Source: Piedraia hortae CBS 480.64 (lineage: Eukaryota). From it: a stretch of 64,000 nt of DNA. Made by a program: the position numbers and the translations under genes. This document shows positions 10,661 through 22,900 of this stretch, one piece after another. The notes under the pieces are model-generated. The model was not told the DNA's origin. It saw only the letters and a list, made by a program, of their open reading frames with translations, and searched no databases. Location: positions 248,001-312,000 of the forward strand of contig MU005965.1 in NCBI GenBank assembly GCA_010093745.1. Reading direction: 5' to 3'. Within the stretch, counting starts at the first letter, position 1. Each line of letters begins with the position of its first letter.

Positions 10661-11765
10661 CTAGTCCACAGGTGCATGCTTGAAGAGGAAAGAAACCGAT
10701 TCGCCATTGTGAGTGCGACGACAGGCTTCGGCCAACTGCAACCATTAGTTGATGTCAACATCTCGCGCATTTACTTACCGTTGGGCTGATATCGATGGTC
10801 TCGATCTTAAAACAGAGCTTTTTTTTCTCCTCATGCGGCACAGTGTTGGTGACAACGAGCTTTGACAGACGGCTCTTGTTGAGTTTCTCGCAAGCATCAG
10901 CGCTGAGAATACCATGTGTGACGATAGCAATGGCCTCACGGGCCCCGTGGTCCATAACCACCTCTGCTGCTTTAACCAGAGTCCCGCATGTGTCGGCCAT
11001 GTCATCGACAATGATGGCAATGCGATCACGGACATCGCCCACAAGGACCATACGCGAAACTTCATTCGGGCGAGGGCGTTCTTTGTGAATCAGGGCAAAG
11101 CCGAGATCGAGGTTGTCGGCAATTGAGGTGGCCCGCTTGGCTCCACCTGCATCGGGGCTGACGATGACGCAGGATCGAACGTCCAGATGCTCGCGAATCC
11201 AGCGAAGCGTGCTGGGCTCAGCATAAAGGTTATCCACCGGGACGTTGAAAAAGCCCTGGATCTGGCTGGCATGCAAGTCCATGGTTATGACATGATTGCA
11301 GCCTGCAGTTTGCAACATGTTGGCCATCAAACGGGCTGTGATCGGAGCCCTACTCTTATCCTTCTTGTCCTGGCGGGCGTATGGAAAATTTGGCATGACC
11401 GCAGTGATGCGGCGCGCACTGGCGCTGCGACAGGCGCGGATAATAATAAGCAGCTCCATAATGTGGTCGTTAATATTCCCTGGATCCGTGGACTGCAAGA
11501 CAAAAACTGAACAATCAGCCAAAAAACATAATAGGGGCGTTGAAAGAAACTTACCGTCCTCATCGCGGACACTTTCGCCAATAGAAACGCTGCTTTCATT
11601 GTTGGAGTACTGCAGCACCATTACCTTGGCCAGCTCAATGCCGAGTCTATATGCATGTCAGCGGCAGATTTTGGTCCTAGTCACGGGAACTTACCGCTCA
11701 GCCATAAGCTTGGCGAGAGAACCATGGCTATTGCCCGTAAGCAGCTTTATGGAATTTGTAGCCAT
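10661..11765 (-). CDS. PRS3: Ribose-phosphate pyrophosphokinase (spliced, 3 introns)
   Basis: [60 protein letters not shown]. Last exon [18 protein letters not shown]. Confidence 0.92.
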
Positions 11766-12194
11766 TGCTGTCGGGTGCTTGACCGGCTGACGCGAGAAGT
11801 GGAAAGTTGTGTGCCATCATAATCGAAGGTTGCGAGCAATATTTTACGTGAGCGGACGGCACGGGCCGAAGTGTTGTATGCACTGCCGTGTTTCTAACAA
11901 CCTGTACAGAGTAACACAAACCCACTTTGCTCAGCATTCAAAGAAAAATAGGTATTCAATCGCCGGGCATAGACATGTCCTAGTCCTCAAAATATACATG
12001 AGGAATTAATCGAATATGTGTACAACATGTTCCTTCACAAAAGCCCAAAGACAAGACGTTCTCTCATCCAAAGACGCCCGACTGTTTTAGGGCATCAACT
12101 CGCGTGGGCACATCCGCGAGACGAGCGAACGTCCTCGTCGGGTGCCGCCGCCGACATCATTAGAAATCTAGAATGTGTGAAATGAACGACTCGC

Positions 12195-14403
12195 TCAAGT
12201 CCAAGGCAGCCATCGCTTCCATTTTCCTCGGCTCTCGCGCTCCGCCTGTCGTTTTTGAATGCGGTCTCGGCGTGCTTTGGATGATGAAGAGCCCGAAGCC
12301 ACCTTGCATCCATGCATAAACGAGTTTTTGGGATATTCGTAGCCCGCTTGTTTCCTGTAAAATTTGTCAGCTGCAATCGAACGAGAACTGCTGCTGAACT
12401 TACCACAAAGTATAGTTGGCGTTTTTGTACGCCGCCTTGTGCTCCTTGATATATTGAGTTGTTGGATAGCCCTCGGGGTCACACGTTAACTCATTGTCGC
12501 CATCCTGATAGATGCGCACGTAATCGATACGCATAGTGGCCGGCATTAGAGGACCGAGACCAGAAAGGTTCAATGTGGCAAAGTTGTTACTCATGCCAAA
12601 GTTCATAACCAGGGACATGGGCTCCTCAGAGATTGTGCGTTGGCCAATATTGCCATTTGGTCCAATAGCATCGCCCGTCACCTTCCATGTCTTGCGGCCT
12701 CCAACTTCCCACACAACATAGCCATCCTCGCCTGGGGAGTATTCAAATCCATAGCTCTGATAGGCCTTGCCATTGTACCAGTCATTGTTAAGGTTCGTCA
12801 GGGTTGACAAGGCCTGCTGGAAGACACCACCCTGGTACGAGTTCATCTCACTGATGGAGCGATCGTACACTTCGATGAAGTCGGTGTTGGGACGCCAGAA
12901 GATGTCAAAGGGTGCAATTTGGTATGACTGTGAGACACTCCCAATGCCGTTGCCAGTTGGGGGGTCCAAAAAGGCAACTGAGGCTTCCAACGCGTCGATT
13001 TCAGGAGCGGAGCGTGAGGTGCCGGGGGTTGGATGATCCTCTCCTTCACATGTGCAAGCCGGCAGACGCATTCCAGGCAGATTGTTCAGCCCGTCGGGAT
13101 CCGACTGATTGGGCGTTATGCCTACGTCGCACTTATCATGGTATGAGTACGGCCACAAGCCATCAGTCGTGGCTGCATGGCCCGGACGGCCCAGATTGCC
13201 CATGGACCAGAAGCCCGGCCAAAAGCCAATGGTGTCGCCCCTCCCCGGCAGCGAGATGGAGGCCTCAACGTAGCCGCCCTTGAAGCACAGCTGATTCCAA
13301 CTCTGCAACATGCCGCTGCGATAGTTGAGCCCGTGATTCTGGAACGCATCAAAGCGGATGGCGAGAACGCCATTGTCGGTCGTGATGGCGTCAGGATCAT
13401 ACCACTCCAGATCCATTGTAACTCCGTACCAGAGATCAACGGCTTGAAAGTACGGGTCGTCGCCGTTGTAAAAGGTGCGACCCTCGTCGTTAAATTCGTC
13501 TGAGAAGACGAGCTGTTGGTCCTTGCCGTTGGCGCCCTTTCGCGTTCTCGCGCTCTTGGGCGTGTCTGGATCTATAGGGCCCGAGCGAATGTTCTTCAAT
13601 AGCGGCACGTTCTCCTTGAGGCAGTTGGGGTCCTGCGCGCAGCTGTTGCCTTGCGGCCTTACCTCCTTTTGCACAAACGTTCTGCCAAAAAGTCAGCAGC
13701 GTCTACAGACAATTTACGGGTACACGCACATGATGGGGTAGGCTATGAACAGAGCCAGCACGCCCAGCGTTATGAGCAGCAGTCCGCCCACATTGATCAG
13801 CCCGCGCTTGCTGAAGAGATCAGAGCAGTCCATCCTGTCCTTTTCATTCGGGTCTGGGTTGTGCAGGTAATCGTCCTTCTCGACGTCTTCGGGAAACAGC
13901 AACAGACCGGCCGACGGCAAGATGTTGTACTTGTCGCTGACAGTTTGCGTATTCATGCCTTCGTCGTCGCTGCCCGCTCGTGACGGCGCTGTCGAGTCGT
14001 CAAAAGGCGAAACAAACGGCCCGCCATAGCGGCTGTCACGGCTGCCCACGCTACTACTAGACCACGACGTGCGCCGGCTGGCATTGAACTCGCTCTCCAC
14101 TGGTGATCGCGGTGCACTGTCTGGGTCATCTCTAAAGCGGCGCGTCCGGCTGCGGCGGGGCGGCAGAAGCAGTTCGGCGCTGTCTGGCGGCGTGTTGCTC
14201 TGGTAAAGCGAGTTGGAGCTCTGATGCTGCTGCAGTTCAGGCCGTGGTGCTCCCGGAAGTTGTCCCGTTAGTGAGCGCGACGTCGGCGCTGCTAGCTGCG
14301 GACGGGACTGGGCGAAATCATCGGGTGCGGCGTGGCCAAAGTCGGCCGAGTTGAGGCGTATGTGCGGAGGCCCGCTCCGGTCTGGCGGGAAGGAAGGGTC
14401 CAT
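12195..14403 (-). CDS. KRE6: Beta-1,6-glucan synthesis-associated protein KRE6/SKN1 (GH16-like, type II membrane; 2 introns)
   Basis: [11 protein letters not shown] followed by a TM helix; [41 protein letters not shown]. Confidence 0.95.
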
Positions 14404-15081
14404 GGCCTGCGGCGACGCGTCCAATGGGCGTCGATGGCTTTTTACGCGCCGCCTGCAGTCGCGAGTGTCAAGAAACTGCGCGTTGGGTATGCGTCAGCAG
14501 CGCGTCCGATAAACAACCGCCGCCCGTTCTCAGGAGACTGCACGGTTGACAGGCCGACGTGACGGCTGTCTCTGCTTTGTTTGGGAGGAGCACCAAGTCT
14601 CCACCCGACGTAGGAGAGAGAGGGCGGTTCAAAGTGAAAAGTGCGAGCTGAAGGGTTGAGCAGAGACTGTGGCGGTGTCTTTTGCCTCCTCCCCCCGGGT
14701 CAATCAAAGGCCTCATCAATTTGTTGATTGGCCGTTCATCCCTGATTCGCGCGTCCTCCGGCCAACAATACGTATTACCGTAATTTACCCAAATGTTACT
14801 GCCGATTGGCCAATCATTACACGTGTCATCTCAACATGACGCGGCACTCGGCCCGGCCCGTAACTGGGTCCCTGCCAAGACTCGCCCAAGATTAGCACGG
14901 GTCGAATTGCGTGCATGAGTGCAATTACTGTACCTGCCCGCTGTTTTGCGCTCTGATTCAAATCTCCGCCTGCAACGTTAACAAAACTCGTTACAGTAGC
15001 CTCATCTGGAATCAGCTGATACGGTTTAGACAGAAGCACCCATAGTGCTACAAGATCCACCGATCACTTCTTACATTCAAA

Positions 15082-16353
15082 ATGGCAAGTCAGGATGACG
15101 TGGGGCCCAAAGTACCGCGGAAACGATTTGTTGGCCGCAAAAAAGCAGAAAACAGGCAACACACAGACAGTTCTTCCCTGGAAACTGCCATAGAACCAGC
15201 AGTTCGACGCACCCCGCGTCTGCTGAACACAGTGCCCGAAGAGATTCGTAATAATGATGCCATTAATGAGGCCATTGCATTGCTGCCACCCAATTACAAT
15301 TTTGAAATTCACAAGACTATCCATCGGATACGAAGCTCAGGAGCCCAAACAGTCGCATTACAAATGCCCGAAGGTTTGCTCATGTTCGCTACTATCATCT
15401 CGGACATATTGTCCGAGTTTTGTCCCGGCACCTCGACAATTATAATGGGCGATGTGACGTACGGTGCCTGCTGCGTCGATGACTATACTGCGCGGGCCCT
15501 AGGGTGCGATCTGCTGGTGCATTACGCACACAGCTGCTTGATCCCCGTAAGCACCACCGCCATCAAGACTCTGTATGTCTTCGTGGACATACAGATTGAT
15601 GCGGAGCATCTTGTGGCCACCCTCGCGCGTAATTTTGAGCCCGGTCGTACTATCGCTTTGGTTGGTACGATCCAGTTCAACTCAACGCTGCAGGGAATCG
15701 CCCCCCGCCTGAGAGCAGCGGGCTACAATGTCACCGTGCCTCAGATCGCCCCGCTGTCGAAGGGTGAGATCCTCGGCTGCACGTCTCCTCGCTTGGCCAA
15801 GGACCAGCAGGTGGGCTGCATCTTGTACTTGGGGGATGGCCGCTTTCATCTGGAAAGTGCCATGATCCACAATCCCACGATGCCGGCCTACCGCTATGAC
15901 CCTTATAGCCGTCGACTCACGCGTGAGGTCTACGACCACACCACGCTCATGAGCGACCGCGGCGATGCCATGCGTAAGGCTGCATCCGCACGTAAATGGG
16001 GGCTCATCCTGGGTTCACTTGGGCGTCAAGGCAATCCACACACTCTCACACTCATTCAGCAACATCTGGAGCAGCGTGGAACCCCGTATCTCAATCTTAT
16101 TCTCAGTGAGATCTTTCCGGGGAAGCTAGCCACGATGAGCGACGATGTAGACTGCTGGGTCCAGGTTGCCTGTCCCCGACTGAGCATCGATTGGGGCTAT
16201 GCCTTTCCGCGGCCGCTTCTAACGCCCCACGAAGCTTTAGTCGTGCTAGGGGGACGGCAACACTGGCACGATGGTGTCTATCCCATGGACTACTACGGCA
16301 AAGATGGACTGGGGCGAGTGCGTCAAGAGGACGTCTCTTGCAAATGCAAATAG
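15082..16353 (+). CDS. DPH1: Diphthamide biosynthesis protein 1
   Basis: [58 protein letters not shown]. Confidence 0.97.
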   Translation: MASQDDVGPKVPRKRFVGRKKAENRQHTDSSSLETAIEPAVRRTPRLLNTVPEEIRNNDAINEAIALLPPNYNFEIHKTIHRIRSSGAQTVALQMPEGLLMFATIISDILSEFCPGTSTIIMGDVTYGACCVDDYTARALGCDLLVHYAHSCLIPVSTTAIKTLYVFVDIQIDAEHLVATLARNFEPGRTIALVGTIQFNSTLQGIAPRLRAAGYNVTVPQIAPLSKGEILGCTSPRLAKDQQVGCILYLGDGRFHLESAMIHNPTMPAYRYDPYSRRLTREVYDHTTLMSDRGDAMRKAASARKWGLILGSLGRQGNPHTLTLIQQHLEQRGTPYLNLILSEIFPGKLATMSDDVDCWVQVACPRLSIDWGYAFPRPLLTPHEALVVLGGRQHWHDGVYPMDYYGKDGLGRVRQEDVSCKCK

Positions 16354-16395
16354 GTAAGATATGTGATCGTCCGACTACAAGTTGCCAGGACACAA

Positions 16396-17091
16396 TTATC
16401 CCCAAGCCAGCCTCTTTACCTGATCCATCCCACCGTTGAAGCGATCCGAGTCCCCTTGGTACGGATTAGTATCATTGTACTGCCAAATGGTGTAGTTCTT
16501 CCACCCAGGCGGTACTGCGCCGGGTGCGTCTGCCCAACGGGCCAGCCAGAGTGGGTTTGTTTTGCCAAATACAGCCGTATTGTTCATGCACGTTTTCCAC
16601 CAACTTGGACTGGTATATATTATTGCGTTTCGTCCAGTCAGTGTGCGATATTCGTTGGTGAACTTGGTCAACCAATCTGTTGAAAAGCCCGTACACACCC
16701 CTTCCATGTCCACAACACCTGGTAGGGTCTTGCCATCCCTCTGCCATTTCCCGCCGTTTTTGACAAAGACCTGGGCCTGCACTACCGGATCCGTAGTCCC
16801 GTGGGCGTAGTGATACGCCCCGGTGATGAAGCCGGCATCGCGTGCTCCCGCCCAGTGCGTTGGGAACACCTTATCAATGTAGTCGGTTCCTTCGGTGGCC
16901 TTGATGAAAACGAAGCGCAGTCCTCCGGCATATGCGGCCTTGTAATCCACCGTCGGTTGGTGGTTTGAGATGTCGAAACCAAGAGCGTCGGGCTCACTGG
17001 GATGGTGGTACCTCCCACCGTACCCTCCAAGCTGTGGATATGCGCTTGCCAGCGTCGCGGTCAAAGCGATTGTTGTTACCGAGAGTTTCAT
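16396..17091 (-). CDS. Secreted GH25 (Chalaropsis-type) lysozyme / N,O-diacetylmuramidase
   Basis: Signal peptide; GFDISNHQ, FVFIKATEG, GAYHY, DGKTLPGVVDME (DxE), IYT...WW, PLWLA, TIWQY, GDSDRFNG. Confidence 0.93.
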   Translation of the reverse strand: MKLSVTTIALTATLASAYPQLGGYGGRYHHPSEPDALGFDISNHQPTVDYKAAYAGGLRFVFIKATEGTDYIDKVFPTHWAGARDAGFITGAYHYAHGTTDPVVQAQVFVKNGGKWQRDGKTLPGVVDMEGVCTGFSTDWLTKFTNEYRTLTGRNAIIYTSPSWWKTCMNNTAVFGKTNPLWLARWADAPGAVPPGWKNYTIWQYNDTNPYQGDSDRFNGGMDQVKRLAWG

Positions 17092-17650
17092 GGTTGGAAA
17101 AGATGGATACAGCTACGCGATATGGCGAAGAATATATACTCATGGCGCGCATGTGGATATGCAAGGCGTCGTCCACTGTGTCTCCGAGAAGGATTCGCGC
17201 AATGTGGTGGCTTAGCAACAAACAATCTCCGTGCCATCTAGAGCTTCTTCGCTTGGAGGTCGCCAGTGGCGCTCGCGTAAAGTTCATTCCGACAGACTTT
17301 CCACTGCCAAGCGCAATTTGGAAGGATGCGAGTTTCAAGAAATGGTTGAACGCAATCTCAGACAGTTCAACGACGGATATGTTGACAATGTGGCATACTT
17401 ATTATCGTGCTACATAGGTATAACCTATAAGCAGCAATCTCCAATCCTAAATACGGCGAGACTATTCACCTTCCATTCTTCAGCGAAGCTTCATGCCGCT
17501 CATCCAGAGATCTGTACTTTTTCAACACCTCCTCGACACTTTCCTTTGTCAACGGTTATTCGAGTTAGAGCACCTTTCCCCTTCCGCGCAGTGCTTGTTC
17601 CGATAGTGTCTATGCCTTCGCGTTCTTGCCTTGGGCGTGGTAAATCACGT

Positions 17651-18465
17651 CTACGGTAATCTACATCGACGCATCATCTGGACCTGAAAGCGTTTCGCGT
17701 CTTTGCAGGGGTCAGCCCAGAGCTCGGTTCGCCTTTCGCGTTTGCCCCATAGATTACCGAGCGTGGTCAACAAAATCTCGTTGTCCGTGCGACCTAGCAT
17801 CGTCATGGCATCAGATCCCCTGCTCTGGCTGCGGTAGACGTTGGTGGGTTTGGCCATTTTCTCCAGCACCAACGAGCGCCTTTGGTGGTGCGCAAAAGCA
17901 GTTTTTCCTCCTTTTCCAGTTCGTCCAGACGATGGCACGATGCTGCCAGCTCACGGAGTGTCTCCAGCGCGCCTTTGTAATTTGGTCCCAGCGTTGATTC
18001 GTCACTACGCAAAAGCTTTTCATAGACTGCCACGGCTTTCTCGTGCTCATTCTGCTCCGCCAAGAGAACGCCCAGGCTGCTTAATACAATATGCAACACA
18101 CTGTGCTGCGGCTTTGGCCAGGCCTCACAACGCTGTAGTGCCTTTGTGTTCCAGTCCTCTGCTTCTGAGCATTTTTCTGCTCGTGACTGAGCTCGATTTA
18201 GCCATTGCCTGCAGAATCTTGGGGACGTTTGGGCCTTGTGTTTTCTCGTATGATTGCCAGATCTTATTGTGGAACTGTTCTGTTTCCATTTCTCTTTTGA
18301 TCTCTGAATGAATCGTTGCTATGTGGTCACGTTCTTCCATCGCCTTTCGGTGGTTTGAACCCCAAGAGTCTTTCAGCTCTAGAAATTAATGCCTGCTCAA
18401 CAGTTTTGGGAGATGCTTCGGGGGGAAGCCTTTCGAACAGTCTATCAAATGGAACCAGGTCCATG
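17651..18465 (-). pseudogene. Decayed TPR (TPR_10/12-like, ~42-aa) repeat gene
   Basis: Repeat-like segments WGSNHRKAMEE, SYEKTQGPNVPKILQAM and YEKLLRSDESTLGPNYKGALETLRELA lie in different frames with intervening stops. Confidence 0.6.
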
Positions 18466-18784
18466 AAGGAGAGGCTATTCAAACTTCTTGTCCATGCTGT
18501 GTTGCTGTTGTTACCAAGTCATTAATAAAACTAGCCGGCCGATAACAAGCCTTTTAGGTCGAATGATTGGGTCCTGTATTAAACCTGATCAAGGAAGCCT
18601 TGTATATTGGGCTCTTTGAAGAAGTCGTTTATTCGAAGCAATAATTTCGGTATTACACATACCATGGCCAAGAAGCTTTGATTGGAAAATTTCGCGCACG
18701 AGCCCCACCTTCCAAAATCACACCTACAGATTCTGACTCATCTGAAGCATCAGACATCATCGCGTACCTACAGCAGCGCATGCT

Positions 18785-19522
18785 CTATCTCCCACCATCA
18801 TTTCCCTCCTCACGCCCTATCATCTCATAACCCTCCTCCCCATCTTTCATCATTTCGTGATCTCTCACCTTCTCGCCATTCTCCTCTCCATCCGCCTCCT
18901 CCTCCTCCTTGACCTCCTCCTTGTCCTCCTCCTTGTCCTCCTCCTTGTCCTCCTCCTTGTCCTCCTCCTTGTCCTCCTCCTTGTCCTCCTCCTCTCCTCC
19001 TTCCTTCTCCACCTCTTCCCCCTCGCCACCCCCCGCCATCCCCTTTCCGCACACGTTCCTCTTCTCCCCCACAGCAACACAATACGCACAATCCCCCTCC
19101 CTCCCAACCGGATGCGGCATCGCACAGGGCACAATCTTCCAATCATTCACCTTTGCGGGGGGCTCGTGCCTGTAGCACAATCTGCGCACGCGGGGAGGGC
19201 TAATGCAGCCGCATCTATAATAAATTGTCGAATGCTGATAATCGCAGCGGTCTGGACGGCCCGCAATGCTGCGATCAGGATTGCGCACGTACTCGCGCCC
19301 CATGTATTCGAATTTATCTCGCCTGTTAACGTACACAGGCTGCGGGAAGGGCGAACTTTTGACGCTGGTGCTGGTCCCGGTGCTACTACTGGCGCTGGCG
19401 CTGGTATTTTTACCGCTGCTGCTGTTATCGCTGGCACTGGTGCTGTTATCTCTGCTTCTGCCGTGCTTGGCTTTCTTTCCTTCTGCTGAGTCCTCAGACA
19501 CGTTTGGTTTTGTAGATGACAT
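18785..19522 (-). CDS. Hypothetical protein with a Cys/His motif and (DKEE)n acidic tail
   Basis: 245-aa ORF with CDYQH...YRCGC...LCYRH...CAM...DCAYC and a Ser-rich N-terminus. Confidence 0.6.
   Translation of the reverse strand: MSSTKPNVSEDSAEGKKAKHGRSRDNSTSASDNSSSGKNTSASASSSTGTSTSVKSSPFPQPVYVNRRDKFEYMGREYVRNPDRSIAGRPDRCDYQHSTIYYRCGCISPPRVRRLCYRHEPPAKVNDWKIVPCAMPHPVGREGDCAYCVAVGEKRNVCGKGMAGGGEGEEVEKEGGEEEDKEEDKEEDKEEDKEEDKEEDKEEVKEEEEADGEENGEKVRDHEMMKDGEEGYEMIGREEGNDGGR
18901..18992. repeat. 12-bp coding tandem repeat (CCTCCTCCTTGT), ~7 copies
   Basis: Directly visible; encodes DKEE repeats on the minus strand. Confidence 0.95.
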
Positions 19523-19956
19523 TGTTTTGTTTATCTTTTTTTTCGGGGCAGAATATTTTGGGTATGCGGTGGGTTCGCTGTCTTTTAAGGTTAGCGGTTC
19601 TATAAAGTTGGCGGTATCTTAAACCTTCTTTCTTTTTGGGTGGTGTTAAATGGATTTACATGCACAGCGGCGCGTGAATCTACTCGGGAATGGGAATGGG
19701 TGTCGCTAGGGGGCTTCCATGTGTGTCAAGCATACGCTCGTTGTGAATAAGGCCCCGAAAACCCTCTCCGGAAGGATATCTACTTAGGTGTTTCCACTCA
19801 ACTCTTCTCCCAATGCCCTCCTCCCCTCCAAAGGGGCAAGAGCCTCGAATGTCTTGTTAAAGCAAGGGGCAAGCGAAAGCGAACCTCTTCCGGAAGGTAA
19901 AACTACCAAAACATCTGGTTATCACTCATCATTCATCCCAAAAACCCGCCCCGCTA

Positions 19957-22900
19957 TCAAACGTCCTCCCCAGCACCCACTCCACTATCTCTCTGACCCA
20001 GAATCCTCCTCGCCTCCTCAGCACCCATAACCTCCGCCTCCCTCCGTCCCTCACACCCATCCACCTCCGCAACCAAATCCTCATTAACAAAAACACAACA
20101 CCGCCACGCCCTCCCCCCATGCGCATCCTCCTCCAACGTCGTCTTATAGCTCACACTCTCCGAGCCCGCTGCAATCCCAAAAAGCTCCTTTGGCGACATC
20201 GTCTCCACATTATCCTCCAAAAGACGCCGCAACATTTCCAGAACCCCAAGCTTATTTAGAAAAACCTCACAGGTCTCGAGATCACCTATCACCCATCGTT
20301 AGCTCCAACCCCCCACTAACTTGGGAAAAACCCACCTCCCGTATCAAGAAACACCGCCCCAAGCACAGCCTCAACCATATCCGAGAAGAACTTTGGCGGG
20401 TTGAGCGCCATCAACTTTACCCTTTTCCCGTTTAGCGATCCTACCTCCTCATGACAAGTGTCTTCTTACCAGGGATACTCCCTCCCGAGCGCCAAACTTT
20501 GCGCTAGCTCTGCGTACACTTTCTCATACCTCTGCACTGCTTCCACTTTCTTCTGCATGACCTGTCCCCCCGCTCGGAGGAAGTCGTAGAGGTGATATTC
20601 CCTCCGCTTGCGGGTGATGTGATGCAGGTCAGATAGATCCGCGGAAACTTCTTCCGAGATGGAATACGTCATGCAGCAGTAGCCGAGGAAGAGTCCATTG
20701 ACGAGGGCTTCGTGGATGCTGTGCATGTCGTTGTGTTTCAGTCGCTTGCGGTGCGAGTAGAGTTTTGGTGTTAGGAGTAGATCGAGGACCTGGGGGGTTA
20801 GTTATTTTTGGTTAGGAGGGTGTCGGGAGAACTTACGGCATCACCGAGGAATTCTAGGCGCTCGTATGACCGCCCGGTCTGAAGGTGGGGTGTTGAGGCG
20901 TGGGTTATGGCTTCAAGGAGGAGGATGGGATGGTGGAATTTGTGGCCGATGAGGGTTTTGAGGAGACCAAGGGGGTTGTACTCGCAGGAACCGAGGTTGG
21001 AGGTTAGAGGGTCGAATGGATTGTCGAGCCAGACGAAGGTTGGTAGGGTTGTGCGTATGCATTGGTGTGCTTTTGGAAGGCCGCCGTCCACGAAGGAGAC
21101 GCCGATTAATGCTTCGATGACGTCGGCTAGAATTTTGCTGGACATTCTGCGGGTTTGCTGCTCGTTGGGGGAGTTGTTGTAGTCGTCCACGTACTTGGGC
21201 CTCCATTTGGCGCTTCGGTAGTTGTCGGTGATAATGAAGGCATCCAGACCCATGTTCAAGGCGGCTTGGCTAAGGGTGGAATTGCATATGATGTTGTGTT
21301 TTGCCCATGAGAGGTATCCTTCGGGCCAAGTGGGGTTTTGTGCCATGACTTGTATTGATGCTGCGTATTTGAGGATCGCATCACCAAGGTACTCTAGACG
21401 GTTGTAGTCGACCATCGTGCCGGCTGATGGCGCTACAATTGCTTCGAACACGAGTTCGGTATCCTGGATATTGACGTCCTGCATGACAGTGCGCTGTAGT
21501 GTTTGGGCAGTCATCATAAGGTCGAGATAGTACATCAATGAAGGGACCACTGACGCGAAGGAAGCATAGCGCACTGGCAGTCGATCGACCGTGCAAGAGT
21601 CGCAAGGGGTACTGAGCTCAGAGGTGTTATCGTCATGGTCTCCATTGAGGAAATGAGAACCTTTTTTGAACCTCTTGACCTCGAGCGTAATTGCATTTGG
21701 CTTCGGAGCCCTGGCTAGAATGAATTTGATATTCGGCTCACTTGCGATGCGAATCAGACCAGCCTTAGTTGCAAACTCAGGGTCAATGGTGAACTCAGCG
21801 GCTGGCAGAGATCCCTCTGTAGCTTTCACCCAAGCTGAAAGATCTGTGACAACAGGCGTGATCAGAACGAGGTAGTTTAGGCGGGACTCATCCATTCTAG
21901 TCCCGTACATAGACGAGAGAATGATGTAGGTTGCCTTTTGGGCTATTTGAAGGTTGTTCCTGGTCAACAAAGGCTCAGAGGTAGGTGTGAGTGCTACTTC
22001 AAGCCGTCCGTGCTCACTCCAAGGAATATTGAAGCTTAGCCTCTCCTCCAGAGGGCCAGGTAGCAACATGGACAGGCATATACGATCGTTCTCGCCCCTG
22101 CTAGAGATGTCAGCAGTTTGCCTAGAAAGTTTGAGTGAATTGCTTACGCTGTGGGATTGGAGGACTTTGCGATGCTGAGGGTGGTTTTATGCCAAGTTTG
22201 TGGTGAAGCAGTCAAATTCTTAGCCATCAACGCCCATGAATTTCGCTGCATTGCCACGTCGACAATAGAAGGCTGATCTAGGTGCTCACCCATGTCGGGT
22301 CCGCGATCTTTGATCAATGGCAGCAAGTGGTCGTTGATGAGGCCAGCCTGGTAAAGAGCGATGTAGGCTTCCATAGCCGCATCACCTTCAGCCGCTTTTT
22401 TGCCCTTCCAGACTTTAGACGAGGCAAACTCGCGAAGTCTTTCGTCGACAAAGGCGGGAAGTGTGACTTTTGCGGTCCATTTTTGTTCTTCATCTTTGGC
22501 TCCCGGGAGTCCTTTTACCAGCACTGGGTCGCTCTGGGGCCTGCTCTCCAACTCAAGGAACATCTCCATTTCCCCTCTGACTGTGACAGTATCATCCAAA
22601 CGACTTGAGACAAACTCAGGCTGTAGCTCCGTGTTGCTAGCGGCTTCCGATTTGCTAATTTGGCAGAAATGGTAGAGGTGGCCCTTCGCAGTTGACAAAG
22701 TGAGCAAGGCTCCCGTCTTCTCGACACGGCAAATGCGGGTTTCTTTTTCGTCCACATCCACGACATCTACCTTCCTGCGTTCGCTCATTGCCATTTGTTT
22801 GATACGCTCTGCGAATCCTTGCCACTTATCAATGTTTGATTTACGTTGAAGTTCATCCTGGAACTCTATGTACGTGGATAATTTGTGCCTGGCACGTCCA

